DNA of 53,205 nucleotides from a virus (taxonomy: Duplodnaviria > Caudoviricetes), in the IMG/VR virus record IMGVR_UViG_3300025391_000020, positions 1-53,205 of that record; one strand, given 5' to 3'. Shown piece after piece: positions 9,187 to 17,824 of the stretch. The notes beneath the pieces are model-generated. The model ran no database searches and was not told the DNA's origin. It saw only the letters and a list, made by a program, of their open reading frames with translations. Each line of letters begins with the position of its first letter. The first letter of the stretch is position 1. Made by a program: the position numbers and the translations under genes.

Positions 9187-10374
9187 ATGACAGCAGTAGC
9201 AACCAAAGTTTCTAAAGCACAGGCCGCAAGAGCCTATGCCAAACGAGATCACAGTCCAAAGTGGGATAACTTAGATTTACTGAATGATGAGCAGTATGCG
9301 GCCAAATTCCGTGAGGCTATGAAGTATTACAATTTGGAAAGCAGTGGCAAAGAACTCAAACCCAAAGTTATTGATTGGATGGCTCTTAACGACTATTCCA
9401 AAGAAGACATTGCGGCATTTAAGAAAACCAAAGATTCTCGTGCTGGATTGACCATGGGTGCTATTGCTAGTTGTTTGTTAAAGGGTATGCCAGATGTGCG
9501 TCCAGGTTTTAACAAAGACCGTAGTGCCGTAGAGTGGCTACGCACAGAAATTGCCAATGTGTTGGCTGCAGGTGCTAACGATCTAGAAGAAGTCACAGAA
9601 GCCGTAAAGATCAAACAACCAGAACAAATTGTTACTATTCAAGATCGTATCCGTGAACAGGCTGTGACTATGAGTGATGAGTTAGATGCGGCAATTGACA
9701 GCTGGATCATGAATCCAGAAGCATTTGATCCCAAAGAATTCAAAGTTGTTAATCTCCTGCGTGGCAAGGGTGCCAAGGCCGCACAGGCTCGCTATATCAA
9801 ATCCTTTTTCCAGAAAGGTTATGATGAGTTGTTGGAACTGGCCAGTGGTCAAGCAGATGAACAGTTGCGTGAAGGTTACAAGCATAACACTCGTAAGAAT
9901 GTCAACAAATTGATTGCATTTTATGAAAGTATTGCCACAGCCTGTGAGCAGATTGCCGCAGAAGCCAAAGTACTTAAGAAAGTACGAGCCAAGAAAATCA
10001 AACCTGCAGAGGATTTGGTTAAGAAACTTAAATTCCGTGTCAGCGATGACAAGTTGGCTATCACCAGTGTGCCACCTGCACAGATGATCCGTGCACAGGG
10101 TGTTGTAGTCTACAATACTAAGAATCGCAAGATTGGATACTATGTCAGTACAACCAGTGAAGGCTTTGGAGTTAAAGGCACAAGCCTAACTAACTTTACT
10201 GCCAAAAGCCTGCAAAAGACCCTGCGTAAACCTGCAGAACAATTAAAAGAGTTCAAAGAGCAAAATACGCAAAAACGATTTGAAACTTGGTTTACCAAGA
10301 GTGTCAAAACCACTGAGACAGAACTCAATGGTAGATTCAATGAAGATATTGTAATATTAAAAGTGTTTAAGTAA
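9187..10374 (+). CDS. hypothetical phage protein (395 aa)
   Basis: long ORF, SD GGAG before ATG 9187. Confidence 0.8.
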   Translation: MTAVATKVSKAQAARAYAKRDHSPKWDNLDLLNDEQYAAKFREAMKYYNLESSGKELKPKVIDWMALNDYSKEDIAAFKKTKDSRAGLTMGAIASCLLKGMPDVRPGFNKDRSAVEWLRTEIANVLAAGANDLEEVTEAVKIKQPEQIVTIQDRIREQAVTMSDELDAAIDSWIMNPEAFDPKEFKVVNLLRGKGAKAAQARYIKSFFQKGYDELLELASGQADEQLREGYKHNTRKNVNKLIAFYESIATACEQIAAEAKVLKKVRAKKIKPAEDLVKKLKFRVSDDKLAITSVPPAQMIRAQGVVVYNTKNRKIGYYVSTTSEGFGVKGTSLTNFTAKSLQKTLRKPAEQLKEFKEQNTQKRFETWFTKSVKTTETELNGRFNEDIVILKVFK

Positions 10375-10389
10375 GAAAGGACACATAGT

Positions 10390-10518
10390 ATGTTTAATTT
10401 TATTATAGGTATGATATTTGGTATCGTTGTTAGTACAGCAGGTTTCAGTGGTATTGCACACATCTTAGACAAGGGTGTCGAGAGTGTCAAAACACAGACC
10501 TCAGAGATGGCAAAATGA
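10390..10518 (+). CDS. small membrane protein (42 aa)
   Basis: SD AAGGA; MFNFIIGMIFGIVVSTAG hydrophobic stretch; ATGA overlap with next gene. Confidence 0.6.
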   Translation: MFNFIIGMIFGIVVSTAGFSGIAHILDKGVESVKTQTSEMAK

Positions 10519-10748
10519 ACGAACGAATCTATACACTTGCTGAACAAACTGGTGCAACAAGATGGAATGATGAATTGAATGGCAATTCAATTGATTTTTC
10601 TCCTGAACAGTTTGAAAAGTTCGCCGAGTTGATTGTAAAAGAATGTATCCAAGTTGGTGGACCAGAAGATTCATATAGAGATGAATGGTTCGAGGCAAAA
10701 GCAGATTCAGTGTCAAAGATTAAACAACATTTCGGAGTTGAAGAATGA
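10515..10748 (+). CDS. MNERI/FAELIV/FGVEE family small protein, copy 1
   Basis: three conserved motifs present. Confidence 0.85.
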   Translation: MNERIYTLAEQTGATRWNDELNGNSIDFSPEQFEKFAELIVKECIQVGGPEDSYRDEWFEAKADSVSKIKQHFGVEE

Positions 10749-10972
10749 CTAGATATCAAACTGTTTATAAAGAAGTCGAAATCGATGTTGATTTAGCAGA
10801 CTTTGATGATGAGGAAATTTTAGACGAAATGGAAATTCGTGGTCTTGGCCTTGTTGATAGATCAATTACTACAGAATTACTTGTTACTATTTATCATAAG
10901 CGTAGAAATGGTTTAGACTATCAATATGAATTAGATCAACTCATTTATGAAGGTTTAGGTAGAATTATATGA
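10745..10972 (+). CDS. hypothetical acidic protein (passenger in array)
   Basis: starts at the ATG of box A. Confidence 0.75.
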   Translation: MTRYQTVYKEVEIDVDLADFDDEEILDEMEIRGLGLVDRSITTELLVTIYHKRRNGLDYQYELDQLIYEGLGRII

Positions 10973-11187
10973 ACGAACGAATCAATAAACTATTTGGACA
11001 GGCTATGGATCAATCTATACCAGAAACTTGGACTACACTGACCCATTCTCAGTTATCAATACTAAAGGACAAGTTCGCCGAGTTGATTGTTAAAGAATGT
11101 TGTGATATTGCTGATCAAGTAGAACGAGCAGACATGGATTCTTATGTGAGCAAATATATTCGAGCACATTTTGGAGTTGAAGAATGA
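10969..11187 (+). CDS. MNERI family small protein, copy 2
   Basis: three conserved motifs present. Confidence 0.85.
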   Translation: MNERINKLFGQAMDQSIPETWTTLTHSQLSILKDKFAELIVKECCDIADQVERADMDSYVSKYIRAHFGVEE

Positions 11188-11390
11188 ACGAACGAATTCG
11201 AGAACTTGTTAAGCAAGCCACTACTATCGAAGAACATAAGTGGGGAGTAAGTTATGATAATTTCAATAAAGAAAAGTTCGCCGAGTTGATTGTTAGGGAA
11301 TGTGGAGTAGCATTGGCACCTATGTTGCGTGATATGGTTAGTCGTGGACAAGCATTTGATTTGATTAAGAAACATTTCGGAGTTGAATGA
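11184..11390 (+). CDS. MNERI family small protein, copy 3
   Basis: three conserved motifs (ends FGVE). Confidence 0.85.
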   Translation: MNERIRELVKQATTIEEHKWGVSYDNFNKEKFAELIVRECGVALAPMLRDMVSRGQAFDLIKKHFGVE

Positions 11391-11566
11391 TGAATCTAAC
11401 AAATTTTCAAGATGACTTCACGAGAATTAGAAATACCCCAGACCAATACCGGCCTGAAGTTGAGCATAGAGGATTAAAACAAGTAAAGGTTGGTACATGG
11501 TTGTTTGGCCTGTTACCAATTTACAGATACGAATTTACCCCTTGGGAAAAGGACCGGCATGAATGA
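11387..11566 (+). CDS. hypothetical 59-aa protein (passenger, absent from ORF track)
   Basis: MMNLTNFQDD...EKDRHE starting at the box A ATG. Confidence 0.6.
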   Translation: MMNLTNFQDDFTRIRNTPDQYRPEVEHRGLKQVKVGTWLFGLLPIYRYEFTPWEKDRHE

Positions 11567-11675
11567 ATTTAATTGGGAATCAATCATTGGCACAGCCATT
11601 GCTATTGCGGGTATGTTGTTTGCATTGGTGATGGGTTATCTGATTGGTTATAATGATGCTAAGGAGGGCAGATGA
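11559..11675 (+). CDS. small membrane protein (passenger)
   Basis: MNEFNWESIIGTAIAIAGMLFALVMGYLIG single TM; SD AAGGA. Confidence 0.6.
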   Translation: MNEFNWESIIGTAIAIAGMLFALVMGYLIGYNDAKEGR

Positions 11676-11878
11676 ACGAACGAATTCAACAACTTGCTGA
11701 ACAGGCTAGAGAAAAGAAATTTGATTACCGTGCCAGAGAAGGTGAAAGTCATTACATTTATGTATTGAATGAAGAAAAGTTCGCCAAGTTGGTTGTGCGG
11801 GAATGTGTTGATACTGCCTTTCATAGAGGTCATCCTGATTTAGAATTTTTGCTGAAACATTTCGGAGTTGAAGAATGA
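11672..11878 (+). CDS. MNERI family small protein, copy 4
   Basis: three conserved motifs (KFAKLVVREC variant). Confidence 0.85.
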   Translation: MNERIQQLAEQAREKKFDYRAREGESHYIYVLNEEKFAKLVVRECVDTAFHRGHPDLEFLLKHFGVEE

Positions 11879-12159
11879 ACGAACGAATTCGACAACTTGC
11901 TGATGAGGCTGGATTAAATTATCACAACTGGATGACAAATGAATCTAATATAAACGATGGTGATTTTAAGTATCCAAGATTAGAAGATTACAAAAAGTTC
12001 GCCGAGTTGATTGTTAGGGAATGTATCACTATTGTGGACGAGCAGAAAGAATGCTTACACGAAGAACAGCAATATTGGCATGACCGAGACTATGGATATG
12101 CGTTGGCAGTGGACGATGCCAGCAAGGGTATCAAACAATTTTTCGGAGTTGAAGAATGA
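11875..12159 (+). CDS. MNERI family small protein, copy 5
   Basis: three conserved motifs present. Confidence 0.85.
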   Translation: MNERIRQLADEAGLNYHNWMTNESNINDGDFKYPRLEDYKKFAELIVRECITIVDEQKECLHEEQQYWHDRDYGYALAVDDASKGIKQFFGVEE

Positions 12160-12341
12160 ACAAAACTATTGAAGCATTTGTTCGAGGATACTTGTTCTTT
12201 GACGTTAATGGCAAAAGATTCCTGTTATATCATAGTGCAGTTTCTTATAGGAAAACAATAAATGGAAATTTGTTATTCAAAGGATGGCACATATCCAAAG
12301 GATGGCAAGGTTTTTTTGAAAGACTTGGAGTTGAAGAATGA
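12156..12341 (+). CDS. hypothetical protein bounded by box A at both ends (ends LGVEE, no box B)
   Basis: unrelated body with family C-terminus. Confidence 0.7.
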   Translation: MNKTIEAFVRGYLFFDVNGKRFLLYHSAVSYRKTINGNLLFKGWHISKGWQGFFERLGVEE

Positions 12342-12589
12342 ACGAACGAATTAGACAACTTGCTGATGAGGCTACTTCAACTCTCTCCATGAATCATGAA
12401 GGTTACAGAGGTAAAGGTTACATAGAACAAGTAGAATATTTTGACAAAGAAAAGTTCGCCGAGTTGATTGTGCGGGAATGTGCCAATCAATGTGATTTAT
12501 TGTTGGATCATAAAATAAGTTCAGAATGGGCAAGAGGCACACATGATTGCTCAAAAGCGATTAGGAAACATTTCGGAGTTGAAGAATGA
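12338..12589 (+). CDS. MNERI family small protein, copy 6
   Basis: three conserved motifs present. Confidence 0.85.
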   Translation: MNERIRQLADEATSTLSMNHEGYRGKGYIEQVEYFDKEKFAELIVRECANQCDLLLDHKISSEWARGTHDCSKAIRKHFGVEE

Positions 12590-12771
12590 TTCAAGGGTTC
12601 AAACACATAGGTGAAGATCACAAGTGTAATGTATGCAGTTGTGAATTTACCGAAGATGAAGGTGGGGTACTAGGTTACTTTGGTATACTACCTGTGGCTT
12701 TTTGCCCCACTTGTTATAGTAGCATGGTAGACATGGTCTCACAAGATTTAGAACTAGGAGAAATAGAATGA
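12586..12771 (+). CDS. small zinc-finger-like protein
   Basis: CNVC...CPTC; starts at box A ATG. Confidence 0.7.
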   Translation: MIQGFKHIGEDHKCNVCSCEFTEDEGGVLGYFGILPVAFCPTCYSSMVDMVSQDLELGEIE

Positions 12772-13109
12772 TTTATTTGGCATCAACTCACAACACAGCA
12801 ATCACCCCGGTAAATATTGCATCTAATTTAAGGATAGTACAAATCACAGACTTTGCACCTAATACCCCGCCTGCCAACAATATCTTCTTAGCCTATCAAA
12901 TAGCACAAGGATCACAACCTGGTTCGGCTATTTTAATTAATACTCCATATTACACCGCACCAACAGCCGCTACACCAACATTTGAAAGCATCCTTAAACC
13001 ACCAGTGCAACCAGTGTACGATGCTAATTATGCTATGTTAGTTGGCACCAATCCATTAGGAGCGATCCTTGGGTATAACGCCCCACTTCTTAATCCTATA
13101 CATTCATAA
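12768..13109 (+). CDS. hypothetical Pro/Thr/Ala-rich protein
   Basis: SD AGGAG, ATGA overlap. Confidence 0.65.
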   Translation: MIYLASTHNTAITPVNIASNLRIVQITDFAPNTPPANNIFLAYQIAQGSQPGSAILINTPYYTAPTAATPTFESILKPPVQPVYDANYAMLVGTNPLGAILGYNAPLLNPIHS

Positions 13110-13189
13110 AATGAACGAACAAATTAAAGCAGGTAGTAATATCCATGCAGGTGATAGTGGCATAGGAGGCTCATTGATGTGTACTAAAT

Positions 13190-13426
13190 ATGGGCATGAC
13201 ACCCAAACAAAGAAAAGCACATCGGATGGCCCATTTGAGAGCATGGCGGGAAACTAAGGATCTTGAAAACTATCCAGAACCATTGTTTCCTGTTACTATG
13301 GATTACTATACAAAAGAGATTGTTAGACAAACTTGGATGGAGTGCCTAAAATTGTGCCGAGAGCATCCAAGTTGGACTGCTGGTATGATTGCTAAAGAAA
13401 TTAAAAATCGGTTTGGCGAAGAATGA
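13190..13426 (+). CDS. hypothetical protein, possible degenerate MNERI-family relative
   Basis: KEIVRQTWMEC and IKNRFGEE resemble family motifs. Confidence 0.55.
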   Translation: MGMTPKQRKAHRMAHLRAWRETKDLENYPEPLFPVTMDYYTKEIVRQTWMECLKLCREHPSWTAGMIAKEIKNRFGEE

Positions 13427-13698
13427 AATTAATACATGTTAATTTCAATATTAGATTACCGTTTGAATATTTCAAACATCTAGGATCTGTCCGCGGGCAA
13501 GTTAATCAACATCTAAGTTGGGAGTTAGAGCACAGCTATTATGGAGGTGAGTTGATAAACTTTTATTTTAGTTATAGTGCTCAGGAAGATCATGCAGGGT
13601 TAAATATCATAGCAGGCATATTTGGTTATGCTATTCATTTCACTGTATACGACAAAAGACATTACCCTTATGAGCCTACACAACATTCAAAAAAATGA
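13423..13698 (+). CDS. hypothetical protein
   Basis: ATGA-coupled ORF. Confidence 0.65.
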   Translation: MKLIHVNFNIRLPFEYFKHLGSVRGQVNQHLSWELEHSYYGGELINFYFSYSAQEDHAGLNIIAGIFGYAIHFTVYDKRHYPYEPTQHSKK

Positions 13699-14038
13699 AC
13701 ATGGACTATACATCGAAACTGATGGTAGTTTTTTGTTTCCCTTTGGAGAAAGCAATTTTAAACCAGATGATGCAGTTGCACTAAATTATATTGAACACAG
13801 TCAGGTTGTAGTAAGTGATGATTCTGTAGAAACTGCGAATCCTTATACAGAAACCTGGCAGGTCAAATACATTGATAGGGAATTAACATTGTCAGAACAA
13901 ACACCCAAAAAAGAAATAGATACCAGCATAGACACAAGATTTGATAGAGAAATTCCAGACTTAACTTTATGGGCCGCAGTAATATTCACCGCAATGTGGA
14001 TGGTCTATGTTGATTACATTGTATTGGCAATAAAATGA
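13670..14038 (+). CDS. hypothetical protein with C-terminal TM helix
   Basis: ORF in operon. Confidence 0.6.
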   Translation: MSLHNIQKNEHGLYIETDGSFLFPFGESNFKPDDAVALNYIEHSQVVVSDDSVETANPYTETWQVKYIDRELTLSEQTPKKEIDTSIDTRFDREIPDLTLWAAVIFTAMWMVYVDYIVLAIK

Positions 14039-14147
14039 AAAAATTCCTACTAGGTATAATTGTCGGAACTGCATTTTGGCTAACAATATTAAGTAGTATT
14101 GAAATACCAGAATACACTATTGAACATACATGTTCTAAAAATTGGAC

Positions 14148-14176
14148 TTGACATTCTTTGAATATTCCTTTATAAT
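14148..14176 (+). promoter_or_regulatory. consensus sigma70 promoter
   Basis: TTGACA-17nt-TATAAT. Confidence 0.85.
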
Positions 14177-14195
14177 TATATTTTAGGAGTAGATT

Positions 14196-14387
14196 ATGAA
14201 CATATTCAGAAAAATCATTAATTGGTTTGTAGACTATGACATCCAAATATCTTGGTTCTTGATTGGTTTCACTACATCAATTACTGCTATTTCAATTGAA
14301 CGCGAGGAATGGAACATAGTAGCAATTAATGCCATTATTCTTGTAGCACTAATTACCACTGAAAGGTTGGGGGTAAAAACAAGATGA
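14196..14387 (+). CDS. small membrane protein
   Basis: two hydrophobic segments; SD AGGAG. Confidence 0.7.
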   Translation: MNIFRKIINWFVDYDIQISWFLIGFTTSITAISIEREEWNIVAINAIILVALITTERLGVKTR

Positions 14388-14902
14388 TCACAATGAAAGA
14401 ATTCATGGAGTTGGTCGACTACAAGATTACTGAAGGCAGTGATTATATGTGGAGTTGCTACGGCAACCATGCATATCAATTGAGTAGTTGGAATGGACTT
14501 CACGACAAAGGTGGTTGGAGTTTCAACATTGTATTCAGTACCAAGAGCCAAAAGGTATTTGAAGTTTCAGTCTGCGACTATACTAACAATCGTGCATATC
14601 GGATGATTCACCCTGATAAAATTGAAAAGTTTCAAAAGGAAGCAAAAAATAGGACCAGCAGTCCTAACCAAGCCTGGGATGATGTCGACTTTATAGATTT
14701 AGAAGTAGATGATGATTTTATTTCTAAATGTCTAGCTATCAAGGCAGGCGAGCCTTATGATACTCGTGTCGAGATCGAGTTTGACCTAGAAGAAGACCTA
14801 CAGTTACAGCTTATGAAATTGGCACATGAGCATGATATCACCTTGAATCAAATGATAGAAAAAATATTACAAGAGATGATCAACCGTTCAGAAAATGTCT
14901 AA
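14384..14902 (+). CDS. hypothetical protein, possible C-terminal ribbon-helix-helix
   Basis: LMKLAHEHDITLNQMIEKIL resembles RHH helices. Confidence 0.65.
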   Translation: MITMKEFMELVDYKITEGSDYMWSCYGNHAYQLSSWNGLHDKGGWSFNIVFSTKSQKVFEVSVCDYTNNRAYRMIHPDKIEKFQKEAKNRTSSPNQAWDDVDFIDLEVDDDFISKCLAIKAGEPYDTRVEIEFDLEEDLQLQLMKLAHEHDITLNQMIEKILQEMINRSENV

Positions 14903-15191
14903 TGTAACAGTACCAGTCAATCATCCTACGCCACATGCTGATTATACTAAAAAATATAATCATCAATTGGTATTGGATCAACAAAGACATCATGACGCTC
15001 AAGTTGCTACTAAACATTTTCATGAGAAGAATCTATTAAAGTTACAAGAACAAAGAAGAATAGAAAAGAACAGAGAACATAAACACACGGCCGAGAATAT
15101 ACATCTCTATAATCTTAGGAAAAATCATCATGATTACAATGATTATAGATACTTGTTTTATGTTGGCACTAATGTAGATACCTATATATGA
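14895..15191 (+). CDS. hypothetical His-rich protein
   Basis: operon ORF. Confidence 0.55.
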   Translation: MSNVTVPVNHPTPHADYTKKYNHQLVLDQQRHHDAQVATKHFHEKNLLKLQEQRRIEKNREHKHTAENIHLYNLRKNHHDYNDYRYLFYVGTNVDTYI

Positions 15192-15637
15192 AAAAAGAAA
15201 ACGACGAATACCTATGTAAAGTATACCCAAAGATGATGGTAAACCGTGACAAGCCTATGACTGAGACTGCAATGTGTTGGGGGTTTTCATGTGGTGATGG
15301 ATGGTTTCAAATTTTGAATCAATTAATGGGTAATATCCAAAGCTATATTGATTGGCAAAATAGAGAAAAAGAAGTTGTACGGCAAGTGACATTAGATCAA
15401 GTTAAAGAAAAGTTTGGCACATTGAGATTTTACTATACAGGTGGTGATGACTATATTCGTGGGCTTGTAGCAATGGCAGAAAGTATGAGTGGAGTTATCT
15501 GCGAGGAATGTGGTAAACCTGCTACTACCAATTGGCCTACACTTCCCCAAGGAGGATGGGTTAGAACTATGTGTAAAGAACACGGTGGTATTGATTATGA
15601 TACTCCAGAAGAGGAATTATCCAATGACGCTCCCTGA
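15188..15637 (+). CDS. hypothetical phage protein (QVKEKFGTLRFY motif, Zn-binding C-terminus)
   Basis: GDGW, QVKEKFG.LRFY, CEECG...C..H. Confidence 0.75.
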   Translation: MKKENDEYLCKVYPKMMVNRDKPMTETAMCWGFSCGDGWFQILNQLMGNIQSYIDWQNREKEVVRQVTLDQVKEKFGTLRFYYTGGDDYIRGLVAMAESMSGVICEECGKPATTNWPTLPQGGWVRTMCKEHGGIDYDTPEEELSNDAP

Positions 15638-15884
15638 TGAAAGATATCGTGCGGTAATATGGGCTGGCAAGTTTCTTCAGTCTATTGCTGATAAACGAAG
15701 TGGTCTCAGTGACGAGATGAAAACTGAAGCTAGAAATATTCTACGACATTATCCCAATGAGTGGGATATGGAAGAAGCGGCAGCAGGTGCTCCTCGTGTC
15801 TTTGCCAAGAGAATGGAAGATTTATACAGAATGCTCAAACAATACGAACAGGATAAAAATGACTCAGACTCCTCCAGCAAATAA
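15624..15884 (+). CDS. BPSL0761-like protein
   Basis: MTLPDERYRAV...ARNILRHYP signature. Confidence 0.65.
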   Translation: MTLPDERYRAVIWAGKFLQSIADKRSGLSDEMKTEARNILRHYPNEWDMEEAAAGAPRVFAKRMEDLYRMLKQYEQDKNDSDSSSK

Positions 15885-16059
15885 CACAATGTCAGACCTA
15901 TGGATAGGTATTGGATTTATTATTTTAGGTCTACTTATCTGTTGTAAGTACTTGCCCAAGCAAGATGGCAGAGTGTATAATTGTAGTACGGCGGAAATAA
16001 ATCCAGACTTTCCTATAGCGGCTAAGATGCAATGTCGTAAACAAATGATTGGAAAATAA
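15859..16059 (+). CDS. small membrane protein
   Basis: TM segment then C..AE..PD.P....C motif. Confidence 0.6.
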   Translation: MTQTPPANNTMSDLWIGIGFIILGLLICCKYLPKQDGRVYNCSTAEINPDFPIAAKMQCRKQMIGK

Positions 16060-16476
16060 ATGAAAATTGGACTATCATATAGTCGTTGTGTAAGAGATAT
16101 TGTCGACGGCACAGTAGACATTAATGATGTACTGGTGGTCATTGCTCGTACAGATTTTGATCCACACGATGATGACCAGTGGGAAGGTATTTGGCAAGGA
16201 TATCATGACCATTTGGGACTTAGTGCTCCAGAGTGGGCCAGTTATTCAAACGAAGACGAAGATCGGTTTCGTAGTGTTAGTATTGAACTCTGGGAAACAG
16301 GCAGGCTACATCAACCTCGTAAGTTTGGGTATCATGTCAGACGCATGCCTTATTATTGGTTAGAGGCAACTCTGCCCAGTGATGAGTTAGAGAAATTCCC
16401 CGCTGTTAAAACTGCTTGGGATAACTTCCAGGTAGTTGCAGGTCTAGCAAATATTAAAATGAACAAGGATGCATAA
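16060..16476 (+). CDS. hypothetical protein
   Basis: operon ORF. Confidence 0.75.
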   Translation: MKIGLSYSRCVRDIVDGTVDINDVLVVIARTDFDPHDDDQWEGIWQGYHDHLGLSAPEWASYSNEDEDRFRSVSIELWETGRLHQPRKFGYHVRRMPYYWLEATLPSDELEKFPAVKTAWDNFQVVAGLANIKMNKDA

Positions 16477-16630
16477 TGATTAAAATTTGGCAGTTCTTGT
16501 GGCACGGTTGCTGGCATGATTGGAAATTATTCGGCCATGCCCCAATGACTTATAACGAAAAGCCTGCTGGTCAATACTATGTATTTCAATGTAGCAAGTG
16601 CAATAGAATAGAAGAAAGAGGTGAAAGCAT

Positions 16631-16918
16631 ATGAAGTTTAGGAAAAAACCAGTGGTAATTGATGCAGTACAATTCATTTATACTGAAGAAGGTATTGCTA
16701 ATCTAAAGGCATTTTGTGGCGGCACAATTGGCAACATTAGCAAAGCTCGTCATCCTACTGCCCTAGGTGAAGCAGAAATTGGCACACTAGAAGATGGGGT
16801 CCATTTAACAGTTAAACATATTGCCACAGAAGGTGATTGGATTATTAAGGGTGTGCAGGGCGAGTTCTATGCCTGCAAGCCAGATATTTTTGAAGCAACA
16901 TACGAAAGTGTAGAATAA
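16631..16918 (+). CDS. conserved phage protein (MKFRKKPVV...GDWII...CKPDIF family)
   Basis: characteristic terminal motifs; SD GAGGTG. Confidence 0.8.
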   Translation: MKFRKKPVVIDAVQFIYTEEGIANLKAFCGGTIGNISKARHPTALGEAEIGTLEDGVHLTVKHIATEGDWIIKGVQGEFYACKPDIFEATYESVE

Positions 16919-17515
16919 ATGATTACAGATAATTTAGTACCAATGGTCGTAGAAAAGACCGGCCAAGGTGAGCGTGCCTTTGATATCTACAGTAGATTAT
17001 TAAATGAACGCATTGTTTTCTTAAATGGCCCAGTAGATGACTACTCTGCTAACTTAGTCATCGCACAGATGCTACATTTAGAGAGTGCCGATTCCGACAA
17101 GGATATTAACTTTTACATCAATAGTCCTGGGGGTGTTATTACTGCTGGCATGGGTATCTATGATGTTATGCAGTTTGTCAAACCAGATGTTGCTACCTAT
17201 GTTATGGGTCAAGCCTGCTCCATGGGTAGTTTCCTAGCACAGGCAGGAGCCAAAGGTAAGCGTTATCTGTTGCCCAACAGTCGTCATATGATACACCAAC
17301 CATCAGGCGGTGCTAGAGGTATGGCGTCAGATATCGAAATCAGTTACAAAGAGATTATGTTTTGGAAACGTAGGTTAACAGAACTTTACGTTGAACATAA
17401 TACGGCAGGTAAAACATTTGAAGACTTTGAGCGTGACATGGATCGTGACACATTTATGTCTGCACCAGATGCACTAGCCTATGGATTATGTGACCAGATT
17501 GTGGCCAAAAGATAA
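16919..17515 (+). CDS. clpP: ATP-dependent Clp protease proteolytic subunit
   Basis: DIYSRLL, YINSPGG, ACSMG (Ser), MIHQP (His), DRD (Asp). Confidence 0.97.
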   Translation: MITDNLVPMVVEKTGQGERAFDIYSRLLNERIVFLNGPVDDYSANLVIAQMLHLESADSDKDINFYINSPGGVITAGMGIYDVMQFVKPDVATYVMGQACSMGSFLAQAGAKGKRYLLPNSRHMIHQPSGGARGMASDIEISYKEIMFWKRRLTELYVEHNTAGKTFEDFERDMDRDTFMSAPDALAYGLCDQIVAKR

Positions 17516-17528
17516 TTAAACCATCACA

Positions 17529-17575
17529 ATAATCTCCTTCTAGTACGAGTAAATATTTCACTTAAGGGAGATTAT
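17529..17575 (+). promoter_or_regulatory. late promoter in loop of RBS-sequestering hairpin
   Basis: ATAATCTCC/GGAGATTAT arms around GTAAATA. Confidence 0.65.
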
Positions 17576-17578
17576 ATT

Positions 17579-17749
17579 ATGGCACATATTCATATAAACT
17601 TATTTGTTATCATAGGCTTTATTGGTTGGTTGTTATTCATTGGAAACATTATATTCACATTCAAAGGTCGTTGCGAAGAAGTAAAAATGATCAACGATAT
17701 CAAGTCAGACATTAAAATTGTTAAGGAAGAGCTACAGAAACTTAAATAG
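17579..17749 (+). CDS. small membrane protein (56 aa, absent from ORF track)
   Basis: SD GGGAG; TM helix followed by coiled-coil tail. Confidence 0.6.
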   Translation: MAHIHINLFVIIGFIGWLLFIGNIIFTFKGRCEEVKMINDIKSDIKIVKEELQKLK

Positions 17750-17752
17750 TTC

Positions 17753-17817
17753 AAGCGGTCTTGGCGTCATTCCCGCTTTACAAACTCTGCCGCCTATGCT
17801 ATAATTAACATAGGAGA
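17753..17817 (+). promoter_or_regulatory. structured 5' leader of queD (candidate pseudoknot switch)
   Basis: AAGCGG/CCGCTT stem, loop GGCG complementary to CGCC, CCTATG/CATAGG hairpin over SD. Confidence 0.5.
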
Positions 17818-17824
17818 AAACAGC

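Larger units (their letters stand above)
10515..12589 (+). repeat. array of alternating conserved boxes (box A TTCGGAGTTGAAGAATGA[ACGAACGAAT], box B AAGTTCGCCGAGTTGATTGT) with variable in-frame spacers
   Basis: box A ends at 10748, 11187, 11390, 11878, 12159, 12341, 12589; box B at 10617, 11071, 11274, 11777, 11995, 12452. Confidence 0.9.

Noticed and set aside
10515-12589. CRISPR array
   Set aside because: Two alternating repeat types, long irregular spacers that stay in frame as ORFs with SD and stop/start overlaps, and no cas genes in the window
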